Assembly (NCBI RefSeq): GCF_006345805.1
Contig: NW_021835840.1
Coordinates: 1 to 37,852, forward strand
Direction of reading: 5' to 3'
Origin: Octopus sinensis
Lineage: Eukaryota
DNA: 37,852 nt
Positions within the stretch are counted from its first letter, which is position 1. The number at the start of each line of letters is the position of its first letter. The notes beneath the pieces were generated by a model. The model was given only the letters and a program-made list of their open reading frames with translations, did not search any database and was not told the DNA's origin. Shown here piece by piece: positions 21,461-32,426 of this stretch. Position numbers and translations under genes: made by a program.

Positions 21461-23560
21461 AAGCAATCTGGAGTTCCTTCTTTATATAAAAATCGAAAAT
21501 TTCTTTAAAATGTCTTCAACTTTTAACAGGAATTCTTACAAGGCAAATTTAGATATTCTTTAAAACTTTTGGAAGAAAATTTTTAAATATCTTATCCTTG
21601 TTTCATAAAACACTATTGATACAACTAAGTACATTTCGGTGCTTGAGAAAGTTTTGGGTAGTATCTTATCGCTTATTCATTAAATACAGCCAAAAGACCA
21701 ATTTGATTAAGTTTGGATATTTCAGGTATTTTTTTGAATATTTCATGATATTTTCAAAGAACTCAGGAAAAAAAATCTATTAGAATATTTTATGTAAGGG
21801 TACGAGGCTATTTTGTTGAAATACCTTTCTGTTTTTTTGTTTTTTTTTTAGTTTTTTTTTTATTCAACTTAAAACATGAGAAAGAGGTTTATACGTCCTG
21901 CAGCAATTCAGAATGAATTTCAGTTTTATGCCTTCTGTGAATAAAATACATCTAGATATCTTATGCAAGTTTCAGAGAAAATTTTCTTTTAATTTATCGT
22001 TTCTTTTTGATAATATGCAGCAAATAAGTCGATCCATAGATGTTATAAATCTTTCTAAGCAAACTTCAATTAAATTTACACTTCTTTTTATTATCAAACT
22101 CTCAGAAGAACTACATTCTAACTAACAGATAAATGTTTAAAGGAAAAATTAAGTTAGATTTTGAAATAATATTCTTTTTTTTTTTCCCCTAACACATCAT
22201 AAAGAATGATATCAAGGCATTATTTCATTGTTTCAGAAGAAAATGTCAGTTAAATTTCTTATTCCTTTTCATAAAACACACGCACACAAAAAAAAAAAAA
22301 ATCAAAAAAGGCAGAAATTTTGGTCAAATATTTTATTGCTTTTCCGAAAATTTTCTCTCCAAAAAAAAATATCCATCTTGATATTTTTTCATTTTTCATT
22401 TAAGCTTGCCTTATTTTTCTGTCTTTCTTTCATAAAATACTTTACAGAAATATATAAAGATATTCTTTAAGTGTTTTACAGAATATTTTGGTTAATATTC
22501 TGATTCTATTTTCAATAAAGCACAACAGAGTAGTTTGTATACATGGTCTTCAAAAAATTTCATAAGAAATTTTTTTAATTCCCTATTTCTCACAAACCAT
22601 TTGGATATCTGCCGAGTGTTTCAAGGACAATTTCAGAAAAAATTAGTTAGATCCAGTTAAATTTTGTTTAAAATTGCTTTTGAGAAATATACCTAAATAT
22701 CTTTAAATGTTTCACAGAAAATTTTGATGAAATTTCTTATTCTATTTTCAATAAAATTCCACAATGACTTTTGTATAGATATTCTTGAAAAAAATTTCAA
22801 ACAAAAAACTTTTTTAAATTCCCTAACCATTTCTCATAAACCATCTGGTTATCTGTTAAATGTTTCAAGGACAATTTTAGTAAAAATCCCTTATTTTATT
22901 CCATTTACTATAAAAATAAACTTCGTGTAAAAGTACATCTAGATATTCTAAACAAATTTTAGCGCAAGTGCAGGTTATCAGTTTTGTATTAGCTCTATGG
23001 ATATCTTTCAGAGCATTCAAAGAAAATTTCTCTTCTTTCATATATTATTTCTTTCTTAAGAAAAATCTAGATAAGTAAATTATGCAATTTGAGATATCAG
23101 AACAAATTTTGGCCAAATTTCTTACAGTTCTTTTTTCCAGTAAAACTTTACAAAGATGTCATCTTCGTATTCTTAAATATTTGAGGGGAAATTTTGCTGA
23201 AATTTCTTAGTATTTCCAAGATTTTCTATGGAGACTTGAATTATGATATACGATAAAGAATATTGAGATAAATTTAGTGAAACTTTCTTATCCTTTATTC
23301 ATGAAATAATACGAAACAAACCTAGATACATTTTCTTTATATTTCACCATTTTTCCTTTTGGAAAATATCACAAAATATATTTGTACAGAGATAAAAGTT
23401 TTAGAAAAAATTTTACTTAAACTTCGTATCCTTATTAAAAAATTTTTTTTGGTTTCTTTACCAATATGACAAAGTGACATTGGAAATTTTTGGTTAAATA
23501 TTCCATCAGATTTTCCTGGAAGTCTGCAGATAAATATATTTCCTCATTATTATTGACATC
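21460..23560. repeat. Degenerate AT-rich tandem repeat (~60-nt subunits, ~240-bp higher-order duplication)
   Basis: TTCTATTTTCAATAAA occurs at 22504 and 22740, and TGTTTCAAGGACAATTT at 22617 and 22861. Motifs like TTCTTAT.CCTTTT.CATAAAACAC recur. Confidence 0.6.
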
Positions 23561-23566
23561 ATTATT

Positions 23567-24957
23567 ATGGTTGTTGACATTGTTATCAGTATTATCGTCA
23601 TCATCGTTTATTATCAATCATTGTCATTAATCATCACCATCACCATCATCATCATCATCATCATCATCATCACCACCATCATCACCATCATCTTCACCAC
23701 CACCATCATCATCATCATCATCATCATCCCCATCATCACCACCACCATCATCATCCCCATCAACATCACCACCATCATCATTCCCATCATCACCACCATC
23801 ATCATCATCATTACCACCACCATCATCATTCCCATCATCACCACCATCATCATCATCATCATCATCACTATCATCATTACCACCATCATCATCATTCCCA
23901 TCATCATCACCACCACCATCATCATCCCCATCACCACCACCACCATCATCATTCCCATCATCACCACCATCATCATCATCATCCCCATCATCACCACCAC
24001 CATCATCATCCCCACCACCATCATCATCCCCATCATCACCACCACCATCATCATTCCCATCATCATCACCATCATCATCATCACCACCACCATCATCATC
24101 ATCATCACCACCACCACTATCATCATTCCCATCATCACCACCATCATCATCATCCCCATCATCAATATCACCATCATCATCATCACCACCATCATACCAC
24201 CATCATCATCATCACCACCACCATCATCATCATCATCACCACCACCACTATCATCATTCCCATCATCACCACCATCATCATCATCACTATCATCATTACC
24301 ACCACCATCATCATTCCCATCATCACCACCATCATCATCATCATCATCACTATCATCATTACCACCATCATCATCATTCCCATCATCATCACCACCACCA
24401 TCATCATCCCCATCACCACCACCACCATCATCATCCCCACCACCATCATCATCCCCATCATCACCACCACCATCATCATTCCCATCATCACCACCATCAT
24501 CACCATCATCATCATCACCACCACCATCATCATCATCATCACCACCACCACTATCATCATTCCCATCATCACCACCATCATCATCATCATCCCCATCATC
24601 ACCACCACCATCATCATCCCCACCACCATCATCATCCCCATCATCACCACCACCATCATCATTCCCATCATCACCACCATCATCACCATCATCATCATCA
24701 CCACCACCATCATCATCATCATCACCACCACCACTATCATCATTCCCATCATCACCACCATCATCATCATCACCATCATCATCATATCACCATCATCATC
24801 ATCACCACCATCATACCACCATCATCATCATCATCACACCATCATCATCATCATCATCATCACCACCACCACCATCATCATTCCCATCATCACCACCATA
24901 ATCATCATCATCATCACCACCACCACCATCATCATTCCCATCATCACCACCATCATC

Positions 24958-24989
<32 letters not shown>

Positions 24990-25372
24990 CATCACCACCA
25001 TCATCATCATCATTACTGTCATCATCAGCATCATCTTCATTATCATTAATCATCAGTCATCTTCATTATCATTATCATCACCACCTATCATCGTTGTCAT
25101 TGTTATCATCACATCATCATCATCATCACCACCATCACCATCATCATCACCATTGTTGTTGTCGTCATCATTACCATTATCATCATCACCATCATCATCA
25201 TTGACATCATCATCATCTAATGTCCATGTTCCATACTGGCATGTATTGGATGGTTTCACAGGGTCAAATAAGCCAGAGGACTGCATGAGGCTCCAATATC
25301 TGCTTTAGCACGGTTCCTGTTTCTAGATGCTGTTCCTAATGCTAACCACTTTACAGAGGGGACTGGGCACCT
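23567..25372 (-). repeat. ~1.65-kb (CAT/CAC/CCC)n array contiguous with a decayed RTE-family terminal segment (25200-25372)
   Basis: The array continues into CATCATCATCTAATGTCCATGTTCCATACTGGCATG...GATGCTGTTCCTAATGCTAACCAC, the rc of the GGAAGGGCATCC terminal segment. Confidence 0.85.
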
Positions 25373-25461
25373 TTTTTTTTATAACTCTAGCACTCCGTGG
25401 GGGTCACCGAGTAAAAGGGAGGTGGAAATATGTCATGTTGTCAGGTGTTGATAGAGTAAAG

Positions 25462-25945
25462 CAGTGGTTCTGAACCAGGGTCCATGTGTCCCCTGTTGGC
25501 CTGTATAAGATTCTTGGGGTTCACACAGCAAAATAGTAAACTGGGGATCCACACTACTATTTCAAGGGTCCCTGAAAAATTTATGCTTTAAATGTATCTC
25601 TTCGTATGAATTGCAAGAAAGATCTTGGTTTCTTTCTCAAATATTTTACATAGTCAAAACCTACACATGTTAATGGGTGAAGAACAAAATTTATTGAATT
25701 GCTATGGGGGTCCACCAGAATAAAATCGTAATCAAAGGGGTTCATAGGTAAAAAACGGTTGAAAACCCCTGTTTTAGATGTATTGATGTGTATTGCAAGA
25801 AACAGGTTTCTTTAACGTTTTACATAATCAAAACCTACATGAGTTAATGGGTGAAGAACAAAATTCATTGAATGGCTATAAGGGTCCACTAGAATAAAAT
25901 AGCAATCAAAAGGGTCCATAAATAAAAAATGGTTGAGAACCCCTG
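25462..25945. mobile_element. hAT-like MITE with tandemly repeated 3' half (third repeat at 25969-26000 plus 27154-27268)
   Basis: TIR CAGTGGTTCTGAACC at 25462, with GGTTGAAAACCCCTG at 25757 and GGTTGAGAACCCCTG at 25931 (174-bp period). No clean 8-bp TSD. Confidence 0.7.
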
Positions 25946-26048
25946 CTTTAGATGTATGTATTGGTATGCATTGCAAAAACCACTTAGGTTTCCTTCTCTA
26001 GTTTACATTATTTACATTTGATGGATATTTTTACTCATCTTTGTTGTT

Positions 26049-26094
26049 AACATAACGTTTTGGCTGATGTACCCTCCAGCCTTCATCAGGTGTC
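26049..26094 (-). ncRNA. Hammerhead motif, left arm (core G12 mutated)
   Basis: GACAC-CTGATGA-A-GGCTG-(10 nt)-CAGCC-AAAAC-GTT-ATGTT. There is a CpG-type G>A in GAAA and one mismatch in stem I. Confidence 0.7.
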
Positions 26095-26205
26095 TTAGGG
26101 AAATTTCAAACCTGGGTTCTCATTCCTAAGGTATTTTTCGATGGTATTATTATTACTATTATTATTATTATTATTATTATTATTGTTATTATTATTGTTA
26201 TTATT

Positions 26206-26286
26206 CAGGTCACTGCTTGGAATCGAACTTGGAATCTTGGGGTCAGTAGCCTGCGCTCTTAACCACTATGCCATATGCCCGTGGGC
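26206..26286 (-). promoter_or_regulatory. tRNA-like internal Pol III promoter (SINE head)
   Basis: A box TGGCATAGTGG (rc of 26262-72) and B box GTTCGATTCC (rc of 26219-28) at tRNA-like spacing. Confidence 0.75.
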
Positions 26287-26403
26287 ATAATAATAATAAC
26301 AATAATAATAATTAATAATAATAATAACAATAATAATAATTAATAATAACAAAAACATTGAAAATACCTTAGGAATGAGAACCCAGGTTTGAAATTTCCC
26401 CAA

Positions 26404-26449
26404 GACACCTGAAGAAGGCAGGAGGGTATATCAGCCGAAACGTCTTGTC
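26404..26449 (+). ncRNA. Hammerhead motif, right arm (interrupted by LINE junction)
   Basis: GACAC-CTGAAGA-A-GGCAG-(10 nt)-CAGCC-GAAAC-GTC. The core is intact and stem II has one A.A mismatch. Confidence 0.7.
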
Positions 26450-27082
26450 AGTGCGTCCATGATGCCAACAAAGCACGCGGAGTTCTGTTTTTGATTCGAC
26501 GGTCATTCGGAATGCTCACAGCAGCCATATTCCTACCGCTCAATGTCACGCTGGTGAGACCCATATTGGAGTACGGGATTCAAGCCTCTTCTCCTTATCT
26601 CCTCAAAGGCATACAGCATCTCGAAAGAGTCCAGAAGCTGGCTACCTGTATGGTTCTTGGTCTCAAGCATTTGTCTTATGAAGAAAGGCTGAAGACGCTC
26701 GACCTTTATTCTCTAGAAAAACGACGACGCCGTGGTGATCTCATTCTTGCTCACAACATCATAAGCGGAAAGTGTAACCTCTCGAAAGAGCTATTCTTCA
26801 CTCCTGCTCCAGAGCGTCGGCTGCGGGGTCACTCCGAAAAGCTCTATCTGTGACAATTACATCTCAATCGAAGGAGAAGGGCTTTCTCCGTCCGGGTTGC
26901 GGATCCGTGGAATAAGCTGCCGGACGAGATAGTGAAGATGCCGACGACCGCTCGGTTCAAAGTCTCCCTTGACCACAAGTGGCCTGAACTCTTTATATGA
27001 ACACCACCCTGTACATAACTCCATGTCCCCCTACATGGCCTTGCTTTTTGCTTTTTGAGCCAAAAAATTAACCAACTAACTA
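26441..27082 (+). mobile_element. 5'-truncated CR1/L2-type LINE 3' end
   Basis: ANKARGVLFLIRRSF...LVRPILEYG...SPYL.K.IQHLERVQKLAT.MV.GLKHLSYEERLK.LDLYSLEKRRRRGDLI...RLRGH..KL...RR.FSVRV..PWNKLP. It has a short (TAAC)n tail. Confidence 0.92.
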
Positions 27083-27269
27083 AATATCCATCAAATGTAA
27101 ATAATGTAAATAATTCCTCATCTCTTAAATATAGAACTGTGTTTCCTTCTCTATTGTCTTACATAGTCAAAACCAACACAAGTTAATGGGTGAAGAACAA
27201 AATTCATTGAATGGCTATAAGGGGGCACCAGAATAAAATGGTAATCAAAGAGGTCTATAGATAAAAAGT

Positions 27270-27567
27270 GTAGCCTGGGGCTGACCAAATCCTTGTGAGT
27301 GGATTTGGTAGATGGAAACTGAAAGAAGCCCATCTTATATATGTGTGTGTGTGTGTGTATTTGTGTCTCTGTATTTGTTCTCCTTTGTATTTGTCGCTTG
27401 GCAACTGATGTTAGAGTGTTCATGTCCCCATAACGTAGCAGTTCATCAAAAGAGACCAATAGAATAAGTACTGTTATTACAAAATATACGTGCTGGGGTT
27501 GATTTGTTCGACTAAAGGCAGTGCTCCAGCATGGCCACTGTCAAATGACTGAAACAAGTAAAAGAAA
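27270..27567 (+). mobile_element. SINE family A, 5'-truncated
   Basis: Runs from TAGCCTGGGGCTGACC to GACTGAAACAAGTAAAAG. Confidence 0.88.
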
Positions 27568-27624
27568 AATATATATATATATAAACAGATATATATAATG
27601 GTTTTATATTTTGGGAGAGGGAGT

Positions 27625-27790
27625 AAGTTGATTACACAAATCCCACTGCTCTATTGGTAGTTATTTTATTGACCCTGGAAGGAAGAAAACAACGTCAACC
27701 TCAGCCGTATTTGAACTCAGAACATGATGATTGACAATATGCTGCAAAGCATTCTGTCAAGTGTGGTAATGATTCTGCCAGCTTGTTGCT
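27625..27790 (-). mobile_element. Old SINE family B copy
   Basis: TTTATTGACCCTGGAAGGAAG...GTCAACCTCAGCCGTATTTGAACTCAGAAC. Confidence 0.7.
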
Positions 27791-27809
27791 GTAAACAAAT
27801 ATCTCACCT

Positions 27810-28462
27810 CTCTCTCTCATATACACACAGACACACACACAAACATAAACACATCCACATGTATGTATATATGTATATGTTCATATATATATATATATAT
27901 AAATATACATGTACATATGCATATATGCATTATATACTCATGCATATATATATGTGTATATACACACACATATATATACATACATATATATATATACATG
28001 TATGTATGTGCGTATATATATACATATACATATTAATATGTATAAATATATATATATACATATATATGTACAAACACACACACATATATGTATATATATG
28101 TACATACACACACATATATATACATACACATACATATATACATATATGTGTGTATGTATATATATATATATACATATATATATGCATATCTCTATATATA
28201 TGTAGTTATATGTATACATATGTTTGTCTATATATACATGAATATATATATATATGTAGATATATGTATATATATATGTGTGTTTTTATATATATGTATA
28301 TATATATATATGTAGATATATGTATATATATATGTGTGTTTTTATATATATGTATATATATGTATGTGTGTGTGTGTGTGTCTGTATATATATATATATA
28401 TATGCTTATATATTTGTCTTTCATTTTATTACAAAACATACATATATACACACATACACACA
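27810..28462. repeat. Compound (TA)n/(CA)n/(TG)n microsatellite
   Basis: Direct inspection. Confidence 0.95.
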
Positions 28463-29104
28463 ACACCTGAAGAGCAATTTGTAATTCTTATTTTACAAAT
28501 CCCCAAGAAACACAACGACCACCACCACCGCATGTACCTTTGCACCATTGAATTCAGTTCCAAAGTGAACAAACTACAAACTGCACATAACACCGAAGAA
28601 GGAGCGGAGGTGGGCAAAAACAGAGGCGGAAACACAGAAGAGACGAGGCGAAAACGGCTGCAGTCGTTTGGTGAGTCAATTCTGAAACGAAAACCGATTC
28701 TGACCTCTCCATCTTTTGACCTTTCAATAATACCTGAACTTTAGTTTGGAAAATTCTTCTGCTTGTGGGCTACGTTCAATTCTATGTGCAGACGTCTCGT
28801 ACATCTGCTGAGCTGACAAGAATTCTTGCTAAATGCCTGCGTCGTTGCAGATGCGGGTTATGTGGAGTTTTGAAAGAAAAGGTGAACGTACGAAGATGGA
28901 ACGGTCGTAGTTTGTGGTGGCGTTTGCGTGTGAATGACATGTTGGTTTACAACAAGCATGGATGGAGGGGAAAGGGGTTGGTTGCGGTGGGTTGGTGGGT
29001 GGGGTGTTGGGGCTGGAAAGGGGCAGGATGTGGTTGGAAGAGTGGACAGACAGGCAGTGGTCAGAACATCTTGGAATTCTTTCAGTGAAGCCAAGGACAC
29101 CGCT

Positions 29105-29645
29105 GTCACCACCACCACCATCATCATTATCAATGGTTATAATTGTTTTAATGTCTATATTTCTATGTCTACTACAACTACCACCATCACCACCAATTCT
29201 ACTACTACTACTAATAATAATAATAATAATGATGATGATGATAATATCTGCATGGCACTACAGTTATTCAACTCTGCAACCATCACCCACCACCACCACC
29301 ACCACCACTACTACTACTACTGTTATTACTACTACTACTACTGCTGGCACAACTGCTGCTACTACTATTACTGATGATGATAATTATGATGATGATGATA
29401 ACTTCACTGTCACTACCGTTATTCAACACTGCAACTGTGACCACCACCACCACCACCACCACACTACTACTACTGCTGCTGCTACTACTACTGCTGTTAC
29501 CACCACCACTACTACTACTACTAATGATGATAACTTTACTGTCACTACCATTATTCAACACTGCAACTGCGACCACTACTACTACTGATGATGATGATGA
29601 TGATGATAACGCCACTATCACTACTGTTATTCCAAACTGCAACCT
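29105..29645. repeat. (ACT/CAC/GAT)n tract with four higher-order units
   Basis: GATGATAAC...CACTAC.GTTATTCAACACTGCAAC recurs at ~29229, 29388, 29523 and 29596. Confidence 0.8.
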
Positions 29646-30033
29646 AAACCTACGCATAAAGATTAAATTTTGTAAGAAACATCAGAAAACTTCCACAAAC
29701 TCTGCTGAATTGTCCTTCATTTTTCATATTTTTCTGAATATTTCAAATTTAAAAAACCCTAGCTATGGATAGTTTATCTTCATGCTATATTAGGATAAAT
29801 TATTTCCTTATATATATATATTATATATACAGCAAAATAATTAAGATTCAAATGAATTCAAATGAATATGGTACTTAACTTAGATGCACCAGAATTCTTT
29901 ATGGTATTAACCATAAAATTATGTGGGGTGATTATAACCAAGAAAAAAGCAACAAGAATGGATCATTGCTTTTTTCTTGGTTATATATATATATATATAT
30001 ATATACGTATGTATATATACACACACACACACA

Positions 30034-30796
30034 GGGTACTATTTAAGTACACTCGCGTACTTGCCCATCCATGCTAGCTAGTCGTGACTAGTCAATCCTA
30101 CAACACAAAATATTTTTTTTTACACAAAGTAGAACATTGGGATGGTTCACCTTACTTTGTTTTAAAAAAAATTATTTACTCTGTGTTTTTGTGTTTTATT
30201 TACTCTCTCTCTTTACTTTTTTACTCTTTTACTTGTTTCAGTCATTTGACTGCGGCCATGCTGGAGCACCGCCTTTAGTCAAGCAAATAAACCCCCAAGA
30301 CTTATTCTTTGTAAGCCCAGTACTTATTCTATCGGTCTCTTTTGCTGAACCGCTAAGTGACAGGGACGTAAACACACCAGCATCGGTTGTCAAGCAATGC
30401 TATGGGGACAAACACAGACGCACAAACATATACACACACACCCATATATATATACATATATACGACAGGCTTCTTTCAGTTTCCATCTACCAAATCCACT
30501 CACAAGGCATTGGTCGGCCCGGGGCTATAGCAGAAGACACTTGCCCAAGATGCCACGCAGTGGGACTGAACCCAGAACCATGTAGTTGGTTAGCAAGCTA
30601 CTTACCACACAGCCACTCCTGCGCCTGTGTAAAAATTTATTTATTTTGTATAAAAAAAAATTCTATTTGTTTAAAAAAAACCTATCTAGCACTCGTACTA
30701 GGTAGTCGTTGTAGGATCGACTAGTCACGAATAGCTAGCGTGGATGCGTCAGTACGCGAGTGCACGCAGTGGTACCACTCTTCATAAATAGTACCC
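30034..30796. mobile_element. MITE-like element with long CpG-rich TIRs, interrupted by a SINE
   Basis: GGGTACTATTTA...CACTCGCGTACT...CATCCA.GCTAGCTA.TCGTGACTAGTC.ATCCTACAAC at 30034-30105 is inverted at 30711-30796. It is flanked by ACA/ACA. Confidence 0.8.
30202..30626 (-). mobile_element. SINE family A, full length
   Basis: All modules are present. It is nested inside the MITE. Confidence 0.93.
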
Positions 30797-30900
30797 ACAT
30801 ACAGTGATTGAAAAATAAAACTCCGTATTTTAAAATAAATTATTTCATTAATTATTTATTAATTATAATTTTTACAAAAAATGGATATTGAGGTTTTATT

Positions 30901-31298
30901 TATACTAGCAGCATCGCCTGGCGTTGCTCGGGTTTGTTTCGACCCTTTAGAATTGAAATTTTTGAAAAGTAAAAATTTTGCATTATGTAGCTTGTTATTC
31001 TCTTTAAGAGAACATTTTTCTGGTTGAAATACACCGAAAAATGGCGACACAGCAGTCAAAAAAATTATAAAAAATAGGGATTTTCATAGAAAAAAAGCAC
31101 CTTTTTGATGTAAATAATTTTTGGTGCTAACATGGTCTGATTTGAACTTTTTGTTCTATGGAAGGAAGAGCAAGCCTTCTTCTATCATACTCTCAATTTT
31201 GGTCAACTTTCGCTGCAGGGTTTCGGAGGAGATAGAGTTAGTTGAAAGCTACCAAACCTACCATATACAGACAACTTCAACTTTATATATAGAGAGAT
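30901..31298 (+). mobile_element. Non-autonomous Helitron/Helentron-type element (Lep1/HINE-like architecture)
   Basis: 5' TATACTAGCAGCATCGCCTGGCGTTGCTCGGG with a subterminal hairpin, and 3' AATTTTGGTCAA...GGTTTCGGAGGAGATA...CAGACA...TTTATATATAGAGAGAT. It lies in a T-rich site with no TSD. Confidence 0.7.
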
Positions 31299-31389
31299 TT
31301 CAAAAATCAAACAAAAGTTTTGAGAAAAAATTTCCAAATAATACATAATTTATAAATATTTTAAAATAGGGAGTTACTTCTTCCAGTAT

Positions 31390-31610
31390 CTCTCTATCAA
31401 ATCCACTCACAAGGTTTTGTTCAGCCCAGGATTATAGTAGAAGAAATTTGGCCAAGGTGCCACACATCAGGACTGAGCCTGGAACCATGTGGTTGGAAAG
31501 CAAACTTTCTACCATGCAGCCACAGCTGTACATTTGGCAAAAATTCTATTTTATTGACCCTGGAGGAAGGAAATGTCAGGTTGACCTTAGAGTGAATTGA
31601 ACTCGTAGCT
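31390..31610 (-). mobile_element. Old SINE family A 5' half plus a family B fragment
   Basis: AAATCCACTCACAAGG...GGACTGAGCCTGGAACCATGTGGTTGG, then TTTATTGACCCTGGAGGAAGG. Confidence 0.7.
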
Positions 31611-32194
31611 TTGCTGCTTTTAGAGAAACCAGAACAACAGAACAAAAGACATACTAAAAGTGCATCTATACATGCATGTGTGCATTTGCTAGACTGCAGG
31701 CAACAAATGAGTCGATGTATCAATCGTTTGAGGTCATTACATCAACAGCTAGAATCGATCAGAAAATTCAAACTGTTTGTTAGTTTTATAATTAATAAAA
31801 CGATCTACTCGTTAAGCACCTTATAATTATGTGTACATCTAAGGTGAATATTGATTTTCTCCCCCCCCCCCCACCATTTACGAAGTTATTTTAGAGATAG
31901 CTCAATAAGTTAACTTTATATTTTACTTTTATTTTTCAATAGAGGGAATAAAACTGAATTTAGTAATATAAATAATTTTATAAAATTTGAATTAGTTTTC
32001 AATAATCAGAGAAAGAGCTATAAATGATATTTTTAAGTGACATTATTAGGCTGTAATTCGTTATAATAAGCTGTAAAGAATGCATAAAATTAGCTCTGTT
32101 TGAACGGGAAGTGAGTTGGGGGGGAGACAGAATGGACGGATTCAATGCTTTATTGTGACTATTCTTGGCATTGATGAATATGTATATAATATAC

Positions 32195-32425
32195 TGTTAT
32201 GAACACACACTCATAAATATATACACACATACGTACATACATACATATACATACATGTGTGTGTATGTATATATGTATATGTATGTATGTAGGTAGGTAT
32301 GTATAGGTATGCAGCTATGCCTGTATGAATTTATATATATATTGTACATATATATGTGTATGTATATATATATATTTATATTGCTATGTATATGTGTATA
32401 TATATATATAATATATATATATATT
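32195..32425. repeat. (TA)n/(TACA)n microsatellite
   Basis: Direct inspection. Confidence 0.9.
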
Positions 32426-32426
32426 T

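Larger units (their letters stand above)
26001..27140. mobile_element. Palindromic non-autonomous retroelement: tRNA-like head, (AAT)n and hammerhead-bearing arms, with a 13-bp TSD
   Basis: TSD GTTTCCTTCTCTA at 25988-26000 and 27141-27153. The left arm (26001-26205) is the rc of the right arm (26290-26441 plus 27082-27140). The centre is TATGCCC-GT-GGGCATA. Confidence 0.85.

Noticed and set aside
23567-24901. 444-aa ORF (poly-I/T then poly-S/P), plus similar long ORFs at 10270-11254, 13458-14002, 27724-28470 and 28962-29772
   Set aside because: These are translations of trinucleotide or dinucleotide microsatellites that lack stop codons by composition. They show no domain content and no splice context.
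26206-26286. Possible tRNA gene
   Set aside because: It has A and B boxes but no convincing acceptor stem, and it is embedded in a TSD-flanked repeat. It is treated as a SINE head.
28467-28520. CTGAAGA-G..ATTTGTAA/TTACAAAT..GAAAC
   Set aside because: Extra bases break the 10.1-11.1 pair, there is no UH site, and stem I does not pair. It is probably chance.
30137-30724. Recurrent ORFs containing EDTCPRCHAVGLNPEPCG or FQSFDCGHAGAPP (many in the ORF track)
   Set aside because: These are chance reading frames of SINE family A repeated at each copy, not a gene family.
31610-31830. Possible exon after TTTGCTGCTTTTAG
   Set aside because: The translation is uninformative, there is no good donor, and the acceptor adjoins a SINE fragment.
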